Of a DNA stretch of 64,000 bases, positions 22,190 through 35,270 are shown one piece after another. Below the pieces are notes generated by a model. That model saw only the letters and a program-made list of their open reading frames with translations, was not told where the DNA came from and made no database searches. The stretch is from Nitrospirales bacterium (GTDB lineage Bacteria; Nitrospirota; Nitrospiria; Nitrospirales; UBA8639), in the NCBI GenBank assembly GCA_965203295.1, contig CBDBCZ010000017.1, positions 2,495,318-2,559,317 on the forward strand, in the 5' to 3' direction. Position 1 is the first letter of the stretch. Every line of letters begins with the position of its first letter. The translations under genes and the position numbers were made by a program.

Positions 22190-25100
22190 ACGATTCCCGT
22201 TTGCGTAATCGTCATATTACATCATCAAAACGCTGAAAAGTCTTGTCAAGAGACAAAAATGAACGTAGCAACAAGACCGTTCACCCTATAAAGGTGAATT
22301 TTGGATATTTTATAGAACTACACCTTTTTAGCAAGTAAGAGTAATATGAGCTCTTAACTATCAGTAATTTATGTTTTAATCGCTAAAAACTTCTGGCCTA
22401 TCAAACTGTTCATTTTGTATTACCATCACCATGTACTTTTGAGTTAGGCTTCCAAAACTGCAACATTGATGTATCCTTATGAGAAGAATGTTACACAATG
22501 GTTTGGGTTCTTAAATAGTATATGTTCTTAAGCTTTTGTCTAAAAACTAAATTCTGAACCAGTTCAGTATGAGAAGCCATACAGGCACAAGTATGCTGGT
22601 TAATGAGGTGCAATTTTCACTGAAGTTGCATAAGTAATAGCTGTCTACATTTCCCAGGTCAAAATTGACATCTGCTTTCAAATTTTCTCATCACACAAAG
22701 AAAAGTACAGTAGTCTAAAGTTGACATTTTTACTTTGGAGCACTGTATATGTTTCGATACAATTGTGTATTTGTTAGTTACGTTGTTGCGTGCATGTCTA
22801 TTATGCACGTGCGTGCTGCATAATGCAAGATTGTGTTTTAATTTTTGCGAGCTCCCTTAAAAACTCGTATTCGCAATTATTAGATTATCCCAATTAAAAT
22901 GGTATAGAGCACACCAACAACTGCCGTTTTTGTCCATCATGCTTTCACTATTCAGATACACACTGAAGTGATGACTGTTCTGAATCATTCAGCTGCCAGC
23001 AAAGATCTGGATTATGGAGGTACATGTATAGTAAATCAAATCTCTGAACTGCAGGGTGATTATCATGTAATGTTCCCTTCAAGATTCTACCAACATGCGT
23101 ACCCAGACTATATTCACTGCCATGGACCACTTCACTGCTTGGGCCAATGGAAAAAAACACAGCTGCTACTGTGAGAAAGGCCAAAGGACAGACACAGAAA
23201 GGTAAACACATGCTCTGTGTATGACATTTACTTTAAATGTATGTACATTAACTGTTTTCTAAACTTTGTAACGATTCTATTGCATATACGCAGATGTTGT
23301 AGTACAATTTTTGTGCGGTTGATCTGATTAATTTTGAGGAGTTTTGGTTGGCAAGAAGAGTATTAAAATGTCTGTAGATGCTAGTGCCTAGTCTGCTTGA
23401 TGTTGTACAGTGCATGTTATTTCTCCTAGCCTTCTGGGCAAAAAATATTGCAACTTGTAGTAGGTTAGCCACAGTAATAATGGAAATTGGCACTCCACGA
23501 AAATAACACCCTCTACTGTATCCCTTCACTGCAGACAATTTTGAAGAAGTGGAAGAGGTTATAAATTTTTTGGACAGCATTCCCAAGGTGAGTGCTAGTG
23601 GATGTGTTCATTATTAAGAAATAATACAGAGGGGTCTGCAAGTGAGCATATCTATCACACAGCAAAATTTGACAATAACTCAAGCTCGTTTGTCTTTGTT
23701 TTGGAGTGTATAAAAGTGGTTAATTGCCTTAGACTTAACAGTTCAGCTGTATACGTGCTTCTTATCTGAACATACATGACCAGGGTCACTGGGTAGCTGC
23801 TAGAAAGTGATTGGTGGTTCGATTCTTCCATCCCTTTCCCCCTGGGTGGCATAGAAGGCAAGATCCGTGATTGACAATCAAGCACATCGTGCACACGGAG
23901 CAGCTTACAGCCACTACTCGGAGAAACAAGAGAACTTCAAGATAAACTAGTACGTACATAGATGATTACAGAGTCACAAAAACTATCAGTTACTTTCCAG
24001 ATCCTTCCGCTTACTATACTCATATACTGCCTATATACTACTCCCTGCATGTGACTCGGCTTGTTCATGGATACATTTACTGACATTTTCCTGTAAAACT
24101 TTGCACATGTGCGAGCAGTGGATACTAAGCACCACTTTCGATGTTTGAGTACCTGGGAACGAGGCTAGGTTGTGATGTATATAGAGCTCACCTACTCTTC
24201 CGCTGCAAAATAGTAGTGCGCTATCCTACTGGGCTGTAGTTAATTTACCTTCGAGTTGGGACTGAAGTGGTAGGTATCCCGTGGAATCTGAGTAGCAAGA
24301 TTGAACTATTAATTCACACTGCCAACTGTATCTCCTGCTACACACATGCACACAGTTAGCCTAGTTACACTCACTGTTGAATGTATATCTGCATGTTTAC
24401 CCTGATAGGCTGCGGCCATAAAATTTAACTTCCCAGAAATTCACATATCCAGCTAGCTAAAGGTTTTCCTCTGAAATTGTTTACACGTGAATTGTGACAT
24501 CATCAATTACGAGTGATGCAAGCACTCTGTAAAGGTAGTTATAACTCACTAGCAAGGTCCCATACATTGCAAGGAGTTACTTGTTTGCAGAAATAAGGGA
24601 TACAGTAGAAGAAAAGCTCTCTCTCTCTCATAAGAGAATACACAACTGAAGTGAAAATGTAAATTTCCTTCTAATTGGCTCTGTCAGCATTTCGGTGCCA
24701 GGTCTACACTAGGTCTCTGATGTATCTGGAGTCCTTCCTGTCAACAAATCTGGATGCTCTTCAAAAGAGCCTTGGCTTCCTACAATTGAATTTTATTCGT
24801 AGGAGTGTATAAAACTAACCGTCATTATATAGTATGTTGCACAAATTTAAATCTTTGTGAGAGGCTCACAAATATTTTGTCAGACCGCTTTTGTAGTGAC
24901 TGTTCACGATGCATGCTCATTGCAAAGGTGACGCTCATCACACAGGATAGGTACATGTATGTGAAGCTTTATGATTGATAGTTAAAGTAAACGTGAACTT
25001 CACAGACTATAGATGTCATGTATTTCTCGAAGGAGAGCATACACCCCATATTGTGGGGTATGAGGAATGCCTGGAAATACTGATTACCAAACCAGTATAA

Positions 25101-25752
25101 TTGACTAGGCAAGTTTAAGGAGGTGGAGCTTCAGTAAAGGCAACAAATCATTTACAAAGGCACTTTATTGTGCATCTGTACATTTCTAACAGTTGTGGCT
25201 GTAACTGCTGGCGTGTGGTACCATTTACCACACTCTCTTAGCCGGTACAATGTAGCAAGGCTACTGGGCACCCTTAGCCTCGTCCCCAGGCTCTCATATG
25301 GCCCACAGCTAGCTACAGTCGGTGCAGGTAAATTAACTGTGCCTCAATTCATATGGTACGGTTTTTATCATCTGCAGAGCTCAGATATTGTCATATATAT
25401 TCTTTGCAACATAGTCATACGTAATCTAGATGATCTTAAATTCAGGACACCAGATTATATAGTTCTTAGTATTTTGCAAGACATGGAGAGCTACATGTAT
25501 CCGTTTAGTATCTCATAGTTTCAGGTTAGCCCCCAGCCAGAAGTGGAAAAATTCACAATTGTGTACAGCTTTGTCACTCATAGCTCGATAGCACAAAAAC
25601 TACGGTCACAAACTATGTAGGGCTAAAGTTTGAAGAGGGACTGGAGAAGAAGCCCTGGAACAAAAACGACAGTCCTTCCACTGCATATGTGCTATGCTCA
25701 CTTACCTGCCAGTGAAAGGGTAGTTCACACATGAAGTAGACAATGTCAGCAG

Positions 25753-26000
25753 TTATTAACCCTCGGCGCGCATACGCAGGAAGGTTACAGTACTTCGTTT
25801 GTCTGTCTGTCTGTCTGTGTGTCTGTCTGTCTGTCTGTCTGTTATAACTAGCTTGGCTCACCTGGTGGCTAAATCTTTGAAGTTTGGTTGCAGATAGGCT
25901 TCAAACCTAATGAGGATGTGTTTAAATTGAGCTGATTTTGCCAAGAACATTTCGTTCAAGAGTTATGCTGCGATTCGTTTGCCAAGGCGAGCGCTAGTCG
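25753..26000 (+). mobile_element. Second Helentron/DINE-like repeat family, 5' end
   Basis: ttattaaccctcggcgcgcatacgcaggaaggtta terminal palindrome followed by (tgtc)n. The 3' boundary is not determined. Confidence 0.55.
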
Positions 26001-28123
26001 GCCTTATTCTAGTCTGAGAACGAGTTCACGCATCCTGCATGGTCTGAGGACGAGACAACAATTAGTTGCATTCACCGTTACACATGATATTTCTGCATCC
26101 ACGTGGGTCTGTTTTTGCCGACTGAAAATAAAGTATTGATAGATCTCTGTCAGCATATACTTACATTTTTTTGCCGCACTTTGGAAAGCACCAGTGCTTA
26201 CATTCAAAATCAACAATTTCATGAGGTATCTATACTTGTAGAGTTGCTATGCAGAAAATCATAGCAAAAACGAACCATATCGGCTATTTGGCATGTATAA
26301 ACTGTCCTTCTGATTCACATTAGTTGCATGACTTGTAGATCTGGCATTTTCTGTCCGCTTAGTATATGCACTAAAGCTTCCAGCCTGGATAACTTCCCCA
26401 TTCTTACTGTTTCTTGTACAGCTATGGCGTGGTTGAAAATTGTTTACTATTTCCACTGCTGCCTAGACAATTTAGTTCAAAATTCCCCGTCCAGCTGCAA
26501 CCGTTCAATAATAATCATCGAATATGGACAGATATTCTGTGTTCTATATATTATTGCATGGTTATGCTTCAATAATTTTAAGATTTTTTGGTCACTCTAG
26601 CATTTAAACCTAATCATATCTAAAATCCAACAAAGCATTTTTTCACATGCATTGTTCAATTAGTGATAGTATTCTGTGCAATAAAATTTGCTCAGATAAG
26701 TGTGCATGCAACACGCATACACTCTCTTGTTCGCAAAAGGAATCATGTTAAGTCATCATGAATTTGTATTACTACCACTACAGGCCAGACTGGATGAGGA
26801 GATTGAATGCTTTTCGTGTTGAAGCAGCTTGGAGACTGGGACAATGGAGTGAACTGGAGCTCTACCTCAAGAGTGCATGCTGAGAGGACAAAGTACTTTA
26901 TGTGTGCATGAGTGGGTCGTGTTTACTAGAGATTTGTTGGGGTGATCTCTGATTAAGACCCACATAGACACTGGCTAACTTAGAGACTTTTGTACTCAAG
27001 ACTTCTATCCATTTTCTATTTGCCCATACTTTGCTGACTTATTTCTCATCTCACCTTAAATAGGTATAGAACATAAATGCATATGGGCATTATCAAGTGT
27101 GTAAAACAAAAGTAACCTGAGTTGCATGTGCACAACTGGTAAAAGGTTATACTGCCATGACACAAATAGATCCTGCCATGACACATAATTATAGATCCTC
27201 AGCCGTATGCATACTGACAAGGGTTATAATTACACGTGAGAGGAAACAAATTTCAGCATAATGGGTGACCAAGGGAAAGACAGAATTATCACATACTCTA
27301 TTCTATGTACATCATATAAACATGAGCATAATCTGTTTAGTATACATCTGTCCGCTTGTAATATTTGTATATTTGCATTACCGCCAGGAGTCTTCAAGTA
27401 GTAAGAAGTGGGATGTCTATCTTTGAAGATTGCTACTAGCTGCCAAGCCAAAGGTTTGCTCTTTGTATTATGTTCACACATATTATTCAAATACCTATAC
27501 TAAAAAATGGGTATGGTTACTCTAGCATTTACAACATAATCATATCTAAAATCCGGTCTTGCATTTAGTACGTGACCTGTTCGATAGGAGTGATAGTTCT
27601 CTGTGATGTAGAATTTGCTCAGATACAACATGCATGCAACTCATACTCTCTTTTTCACAAAAGGATTTTGAAGGCTTCTTGAACCGTTTGAGCAAAGTGC
27701 GTAGTGGGCAAATGGGTCCACTATCTACTGCCAGCTTGGAGCAAGGATCTTGTGGCTATCAGCAAAATAGATGGCAGTTAGTATAATAACCACAGCTCTG
27801 TGTAAAACTCAGCCTGCCAACATCAATGCCTGCCAGCTGGATTGAAGAGTAGTATAGTTAGTCAGACATTGCCGTGAACAGTACTCCAGCCAAGCATTCC
27901 TTATTTTTTCTATTATATCCACACTATTTTCCTATCCCACTTGTACGTCAGGGTTGACCGGATTTCTCAAGCAGACCTCCTTTAGCTTGCATTACTGTCA
28001 TATGACCTTGGAGTATCATTTCCTGTTCCCTCCTGTACGTCAGACTGCATATGCTGCAAGAGTTGGAAGAAGGTGTTAGATTACTGCTGAGACACAAAGA
28101 CGAAAGTGATGCTGCACAGACTA

Positions 28124-28691
28124 CCGTATAGCCGGAAAAATTGGCGAGAATTAAATTTGGCGAAATCGCCAAAAACCGCTAAAATTAAATATTGGCGAAA
28201 TTTAAATTTGGCGATTGTGTACGGCGAAGGCTACGACGTAATCCTAGGCGCCCAACGTGTATTGCTGCGCTGCTGGTTTACTGAGCTCGAGAATGGAGAT
28301 GTTTGAGGTAGAAAGCTGTGTTCGAAGCCATCATTTTTCAAGAGCTGAACTGCGTTCGAGAACCTCAAACAGCGAGGACCCGTATGCTGTGGCTGTGATG
28401 CGCATAAGCGCTATTGTAGATACTATCAGGCTAGAAGCTTCGAGAAGTGTGTAGCGGCCTTTGTCGCTCTGTTGTCGGCGGCACGCTTTCCAATTCGTGC
28501 CCTTTCTTCTGGCGCGTAAGCGCTATACTTGCCTCGAGGTGACTGTGACAGGCCGCTTTGAGTCTCCAGATAGGGAACGCTTCACAGCTTTGTTCGTGAA
28601 AATATAATTCGGCGAGAATTTAATTTGGCGATTTTTTACGATTCGCCAAACCGCCCAATTAAAGTCCTCGCCAAATTTTCCGGCTATACGG
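28124..28691. mobile_element. pogo-like non-autonomous element inserted in an ATR exon; keeps a HIRAN fragment (+) and a transposase N-terminal fragment (-)
   Basis: TA TSD; TIRs ccgtatagccggaaaa. Removal restores AAQTMLNSWQARIELSQ. Plus strand MEMFEVESCVRSHH...NSEDPYAVAVMR; minus strand SPRGKYSAYAPEERARIGKRAADNRATKAATHFSKLL. Confidence 0.9.
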
Positions 28692-29080
28692 TATGCTCAA
28701 TAGTTGGCAAGCAAGGATTGAGCTTAGCCAGGTAACAGTTATAATTCCTACATTCTAGTTTTCAAGCATGGATACTTACATGGTATATCCTTATGTAAAA
28801 TAGTTGTGTTCCATAGCTCTCTGCTTTCTCCCTGCTGCCCTCTGTAAAAGCTGGGGTCCTGAAGTGGCACCAGGGGATGAAGCTAAAGGTGTCTATTATA
28901 TTCATATTTCTTTGTGATTTAGGAGTCATTTAGAACTCAGGAACCTATCCTGAGCCTTAGAAGAGTGATTCTTGGACTACAGCTGGGGTAAGCAATGTCA
29001 TTTACACGCCCTATTCAGGCGAGCCTGTGCAATCTTCACACAAAAGCAATTCAAATTCTGTTTCTCTGAGTAGTTTCTCA

Positions 29081-31154
29081 CTTTGACCTAGGCATTAGAG
29101 TGTCTGGCTGTTACACATGATGTTGTGGCGAGCTATTGATCCTAGGGGTGGTTTCTTGCTTGTTGTAATTATGTAGGAAAGCTACAGCTCTGCATAACAT
29201 GTGGCTATATTTTGTTGCATTTCCGTATTGTGTAAGCTTACATGGACGCACAGGTAGCCTCTGTTTTCTGACAAAACGGCGCTAGGCTTGGGCTAGAGGA
29301 GCAGCTGCTATAGCTAACTGTTGTACATGCTTAGCACTGCTTCTGGGAGTATTTCACCACTTGTGGCTGGTATTGTATACATGTGTTGGAAAGCTTATAT
29401 CTACTTAGTGCATTCCGCGGAAAGGTTGCTGTTCAGAGTCATGACAAACTCCTTGGTAGTAAGTACTTGTTAAGATTCTTGGACTATCATGTGATGATGT
29501 TAGGCAAACAATGCTTTTGGTCGGAGTCACAATTATAACTGTTTACCATTTATGTGTCTCAGTGTGTGACAGCGATGGTGAATTTGTTTTGCATGGGGGG
29601 GGGGGGGGAGGGGGTGTTTTATGACCTGCAGAACACATGCAAGAAGCAAGAGCAAATGCACAGACCAAGGAGGCAGAGGCTGTGAGGTGTGGGAAATTTT
29701 AAATAGCGGTAAAGTGCTGTCATTATATTTCAGCTAATTTACCCAGGATGCAAAGTGCAAAGATAGCTTGCCGGTAAATACGTATGTGGCTACATGTATT
29801 TTTTGTGCTATTTTTATTAGCCATGTACCAATAACAAAACTACTGCACTTTACAACCAGCCTGTATATTGTATGTTGCCCGTAAATAGTTGCCCGCCATT
29901 TATTTATCATTAGAGCTGGCCACTTTCAGACAGCGCACAGTTTTCTTTTGAGTGCCAGTGCTTATTCCTTGCCTGCATTTTGTATGGAAAAGGCAGAGTG
30001 GGTTCAGAAACAGGTGAGAAACTCAAACACAACATAATGTTCTTGGCAATGTAATGATCGTGCAGGTACGTACGTGTGTGTATGTGTGCAGACATAGCCT
30101 TTAATGTATGTATTTACCTGAGAATTACATTTAGCTATGTATATTATAGGTAGTGACAGTTGGTTCTGTCTACCTTACATGCAAAATTGTACTAGTAAAG
30201 GTGATTGGGGTACAAGCAGCCTTAGTGTTGCTAGAACAAGATGGTATTTATTTAATGAACCTGTCTATGCAGGGTAATTCTCATGATGCACTCCTTGGCT
30301 TACAGAAGGCTGTGGAGTAAGTACTGTTGACCACAGTTGTTGAAGCACACTGTATGAATACTCATACACTGAGATGCTTGCACATGCAGCTGTGTGTATG
30401 TTAGAACGTGTACTAATGTGTGTACATACATACGTATGCCTTTTCATACTAGTTAAAGCATTGCTGTGAGTACACTACAAGAACTATTGCATGGGGGTTT
30501 GGGAAGAGGCTAATAAAGGATGAGGCAAAGCCAAATTTTTATTAGTGGCAAGACCATACCTGAGTGCAATAATTCCTGTAGTGCATGAGCATATGCAATG
30601 CTTTAACTAATTTAGTGACATTCATGGCGAACGCAGAGTAGCTAATTGGAGGTGTTTATCATTGCTAACTTGCACTGGGACAGTCTGAATAGTTTCTAGT
30701 TTAAACTCGCTTTGACCTAGGCATTAGAGTGTCTGGCTGTTACACATGATGTTGTGGCGAGCTATTGATCCTAGGGGTGGTTTCTTGCTTGTTGTAATTA
30801 TGTAGGAAAGCTACAGCTCTTCATAACGTGGCTATATTTTGTTGCATTTCCGTATTGTGTAAGCTTACATGGACGCACAGGTAGCCTCTGTTTTCTGACA
30901 AAACGGCGCTAGGCTTGGGCTAGAGGAGCAGCTGCTATAGCTAACTGTTGTACATGCTTAGCACTGCTTCTGGGAGTATTTCACCACTTGTGGCTGGTAT
31001 TGTATACATGTGTTGGAAAGCTTATATCTACTTAGTGCATTCCGCGGAAAGGTTGCTGTTCAGAGTGATGACAAACTCCTTGGTAGTAAGTACTTGTTAA
31101 GATTCTTTGACTATCATGTGATTATGTTAGGCAAACAATGCTTTTGGTTGGAGT
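29081..31154. repeat. ~445-bp near-identical direct repeat (29081-29527 and 30710-31154)
   Basis: Direct sequence comparison; the two copies flank two to three ATR exons. Confidence 0.95.
30450..30609. mobile_element. Degenerate palindromic element, possibly an old Crypton-type MITE
   Basis: Arms agttaaagcattgc..cactacaagaactattgca / tgcaataattcctgtagtg..gcaatgctttaact; the central gaggcaaagcc resembles the ggcaaagc loop at 39049. Confidence 0.45.
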
Positions 31155-33413
31155 AGAGTCAGCATAGGCTTGGGCACATGAAAATAAAGCACACTTTGTT
31201 GATCTTGAACTGTTTCGTAATCTAAATATATGTGCTGTCAAAAATTCAGCTTCACCGAAATCTTGAGTGCCTGAGGGTGACTCTAATTATTCGAACAAAA
31301 TAACATGTCTGCTGTTTGAATTCCAAAGGTTAATGATTGTTGCAGGAAACGTGGTGGGCGTTCAAATTATTTGCATATTTGTTTGAAACTAGATCTGAAA
31401 GAACACTTTTACAGCTCTAATTTGGTGAGTACAATCTTGGATTATTTTACAATGAGGTTTAAAAACGTAGCAGTGCCAGTATACAGAATGGTGAGCACAG
31501 ACTTCTTCGTCCAAGTGTGCATGCACAATTTTACAGTAGCTATTATAGAGGCATATAACTTGCTATTATTTGCAAAAGGCAACTACAATGGTAGCCGACT
31601 TACCATACGTGCTCCAATTAAAACTCAACAACGATCGATTTTTTTTTGCCACTTGATTCTGCTCACTATCGTAGAAATTTCCTTTTATGTTGTTTGCTTC
31701 ATTGTCAGATGGGTACTTATATTTGTAGGTTAGTTTTGTTCATTTAACTCTTTGCCAGCCTAAAGTAGAAAAAAGCATGTATTAATGCCTGATGTAAAAT
31801 ACATAATTCACAGAGAACTATATAGGGGAAAAAACATGAGAGTTAATTAACTAGAGTTTGTGGGAAGCCAGTACATGGGTGTTCAAATAATGGAGTAATA
31901 ATTTCAGATTGGCTGTTTGATATGTATATATGTGTGTTTCCCTTGAAGAAGGGGGGTTTTCGAATAATTAGATGGTTGGAATAATTAGAGTCACTACATA
32001 AACAGGATTTTGGGTTTACTGGCTTTCCAAAGGCCTCCTTTTGAGTGAGTGTAGGCACTATGCAGACAAACAACAGAAAAGCCCTGCTACATTTCAGCTT
32101 GTCTTATTGATGGGCAGGGATGCAATGAATATGGAGTCAGTGCAATTCACGTGAGAATCGAGTAAGGTCGCCAGTGACCCAAGTTTATGACATTGTAGTG
32201 AAATTGAATTAATAAGCTGTAGGTTGTACTGACTTCTGGCATATGTCTTTCTCTCCAGTGAGCAGTGGCCACAAGGGGTCATAAATCTTGATGGAACGGG
32301 TGAGAGTACTACCAGAAACATCATCCATGCTGAGGTACATACGTATGTAACTATGTTTGATGAGCTTATGCATACATTGTAGGTAAGGGTGTGAGTATGG
32401 GTATGGGCCAACCCCGGTACAGGTGAGGGTATACATGTTGTGGACAGAAATGTATTTTTATATAGTAGATGACGCAGTAAACACAATGTACAAATACTGT
32501 ATAAATCCCATTAACGCCTGATACTGTAAACATAATCAGATCCTATTTATACTGTATGGTTAGCACCCAATGATGTCTGTATAAGTCAAGAACTAAGATC
32601 GAGCTTCAGGGAGATCCCCATTGTGAATGGTGATGTCATAGTGAGTAGAGTCTTTTATTATTATATGTAGCACAGTTTGCAGGGCCCTCCCCGAGCTTTT
32701 CACAATATGTAATGAATAATGCCTGCCATCAGAACGGACAACATACAGCTCAGAATTCTAGGCCACTGAACAGCACTAGAGGTTTACTAGACATATACAA
32801 CAGTGCTATTAATCTGTGATTGGTCTGATAGTTAGTCATTGCTTGGTATCTAGAAGTCTGCTGCTTAATTGATCAGTCACGCTCGAATCTGACATCAAAT
32901 CAAAGCTTGGGAGCTCTTCTCGTCAGCTCTGCTGAGAGTTCAGTCTGAGTCTTCCCTACAAAGTTATACATGGTACACACTAACGTGTATTGTAAATTCC
33001 TGTGGGCATTCGGTGATGAACTGCACATGCACATGGGCTACATGCTGTATACTTGTGTTCACCTCATTATTGTTGTTATCTAGGCTCTACTACTAATTGG
33101 ACTGTGGATGGAGGACACAGCTCACTTTGACACACAGACTGTCCTGAAGCAGTACAAGGTTAGTTGGTGTTGCACTACCAGTCCCTACTGAGAGTGTACA
33201 ATGGCCTCATTGAGCTTTCACATGTACCAGTCTAAGACATATTAGCCAGCAGTTTCTAGAGTGTAACAGTTTACACACATGTTTGTGCTCGTGGCTATCT
33301 GAATTTATCAGCGTGCTGTTTGTTAGGCAAGAGTCTGTGGATAATGTTTCCATGTCATATGTGGCCATGCTGGGTCATGTGCCAAGGCAGGATGAATAGG
33401 GATTCTTCCTTGT

Positions 33414-33489
33414 AGCAGTTTGGGAGTGAATTTGTTGAGTGAATTTCCCGAGCAGTTTGGGAGTGAATTTGTTGAGTGACTTTCCCGAG
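33414..33489. repeat. 37-bp tandem duplication
   Basis: agcagtttgggagtgaatttgttgagtgaatttcccg twice, one mismatch. Confidence 0.95.
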
Positions 33490-35270
33490 TGTAGCAAAGG
33501 ACGTAAAGGACTGCTAGTAGCTACATATACCACCTAAACATACAAATAACACTCATACATACACTCGTGCTCTTACTAGTACAGCACGTACCTGGATTCC
33601 TAGAAGAAAACATAGCGTGTAACTCAGCTGAGGGAAATTTGCCTATATGATATCTAGCCAATATTGAAGGTTTAGACAGTTGAAGATGGATAAGACACAC
33701 GAAGGAGGCAGTTTGAGTTTTAATTGTTTATTTTTTTTTGCCAGCTGGGTGCATATGAGCGCACCTAGTACTAATCAAGACTGCTTTGCTTTTTCTATAT
33801 TTGTCTGTCTGGTAGCTGTTGTTTGTGCGTCCACACTGCGCAAAATAATATACCACACGATACTATATGCACTTTCTGGAGGTTTATAGACCAAGCTGTA
33901 GCACGCGCGTGTACTTTAGTGTTGCCTATAGACAGTGAAAATGTGGTAGGCAGCCATGCTTCACCCATTATGCCACCTGGGTCCTCAGCAAGCACATCAG
34001 CACACTCTATCAGGGTAAGAGACACTATATATCAGGACTTTATATCCCATCTGTAAGGCACAATAAAATTTCAGGTGTAGGGATATACTATGTGGTGTAG
34101 TAGGCTTGGCTGTGGCTTCAACACTTTGAATCAATAGAACTGATTCTATTGCAGGTATGGTAATATATACCCTTGTGTATGCCATAATCCACTGTGTAGC
34201 TACTCTTAGACTGTAGCAGTACTTTTACCAGCCAGGCACACATGAAGCATGCGAATGGCTGGTCCTATTATTTCTTTATGTTTTCTGTGTTTGTTTGTCT
34301 GTCTGTTTGTGTGTCCACACTTATCACGTGCACAGCATTACATCACACGTTCCTATGTATCTGCAGTCTACTACTATTACGTACATGTGATACTGGCATG
34401 TTTTGGGGTTTGTAGGCTAAGCTACAGTAGATGAGTGTAGTTTTGTATTGCATAATGCTGAAAAAGTGGCAAGCAAACCTGCATATAGGAAGTGTTCAAC
34501 TTTCTTTTAAGAGACTTACTCGTGTGTCTGGCAACTGCTTTGTGGTTCAAGGGCCTTAAAAAGACCACGTTCATTCTGGTGATGGGTACCATCGTAGCTA
34601 ACAAGGTTCAGACACTAGGCAGATTGTGCATAGAAATACTTTCCCCCAAATGTATGAATGCAGACACTATTAAAAGCACCATTTATCGTACACTTTTGTT
34701 CTGCTGGCGCCACCATGTGAAATGTTCAATAACAAAATACACACACACAATTGTGAGGTCTTAGTACAGACTAAAAGTGAATTCTAAATATTCTGTGCCA
34801 GATATTTGTGCATGGGGCAGGGTCTCAGCATGCTAGGCTACATAGCAAAGTTAAAACCATATGTCACAATTTAAGCTTAAAAATTTTTTGTTTGAAAATG
34901 CTTGCCACTTGATTTCTAGATCAGGTTTGTAATAGATTTAATTGCAGGATTGTGCAAACTTTTTTTGAGATTGTGCAAGCCTTGCCGTTGTGGCAAAAAC
35001 TGAGTGAGAGACTTAGGAAATGCATATGCAGCTAGCCTGTGTGGAAATCATACCCATCTACATGTACACTCTTCATACTTGATCATCACAGGAATGTCAA
35101 TATCACCCATCTGCACAACTTTATGGTTCCATTTATATGCATTGTGCATTGCAAGTACTTGCGCTTGTTGAACTCGCTTGCTGTGCTCACTCTATAATTA
35201 TACAGATAAAAAGGCAAACCGTTAACCTTGGTCTATGAGCGCTGCTATGTACGTACATTACGTACGTATA

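Larger units (their letters stand above)
15520..22745. mobile_element. IS630-Tc1-mariner superfamily DNA transposon (7226 bp; 5235 bp without the nested Crypton) with two convergent genes
   Basis: Perfect 29-bp TIRs cagtgctccaaagtaaaaatgtcaacttt (15520-15548 / 22717-22745); TA on both flanks; DDE transposase inside; located in an ATR intron. Confidence 0.97.
4560..33158 (+). pseudogene. ATR: ATR (PIKK checkpoint kinase) unprocessed pseudogene, copy 1: N-terminal HEAT to FAT region, no kinase domain seen
   Basis: Ordered exons, mostly AG/GT bounded, match ATR: 4560-4672 DLAKLDQQWLDNELQFPVYLSHF; 12110-12184 and 12257-12328 FKDNVCQ|FLVEVLH; 13585-13767 LLRSDVKNVLNLLLLHLSTHRERVLAGIKMLA; 14239-14316 FAVDLLGELVRAYLA; 14761-14844 HDISLALYVLPHVL; 23084-23201 TQTIFTAMDHFTAWA; 23535-23587 FLDSIPK; ~24676-24785 SAFRCQVYTRSLMYLESF; 26784- RVEAAWRLGQW; 28044-28730 LHMLQELE; 28923-28987 EPILSLRRVIL; 29914-30013 AGHFQTAH; 33084-33158 LIGLWMEDTAHFD. 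Lesions: missing exons, frameshift near 23150, stop near 30318, MITE inside an exon. Confidence 0.92.

Noticed and set aside
31843..33000. Possible minus-strand exon remnants (also 36790-37420)
   Set aside because: No protein family recognised and frames are interrupted; would need a translated search.
4560..33158. Functional ATR gene
   Set aside because: Missing exons, stops, a frameshift, an exonic MITE and no kinase domain in the window.
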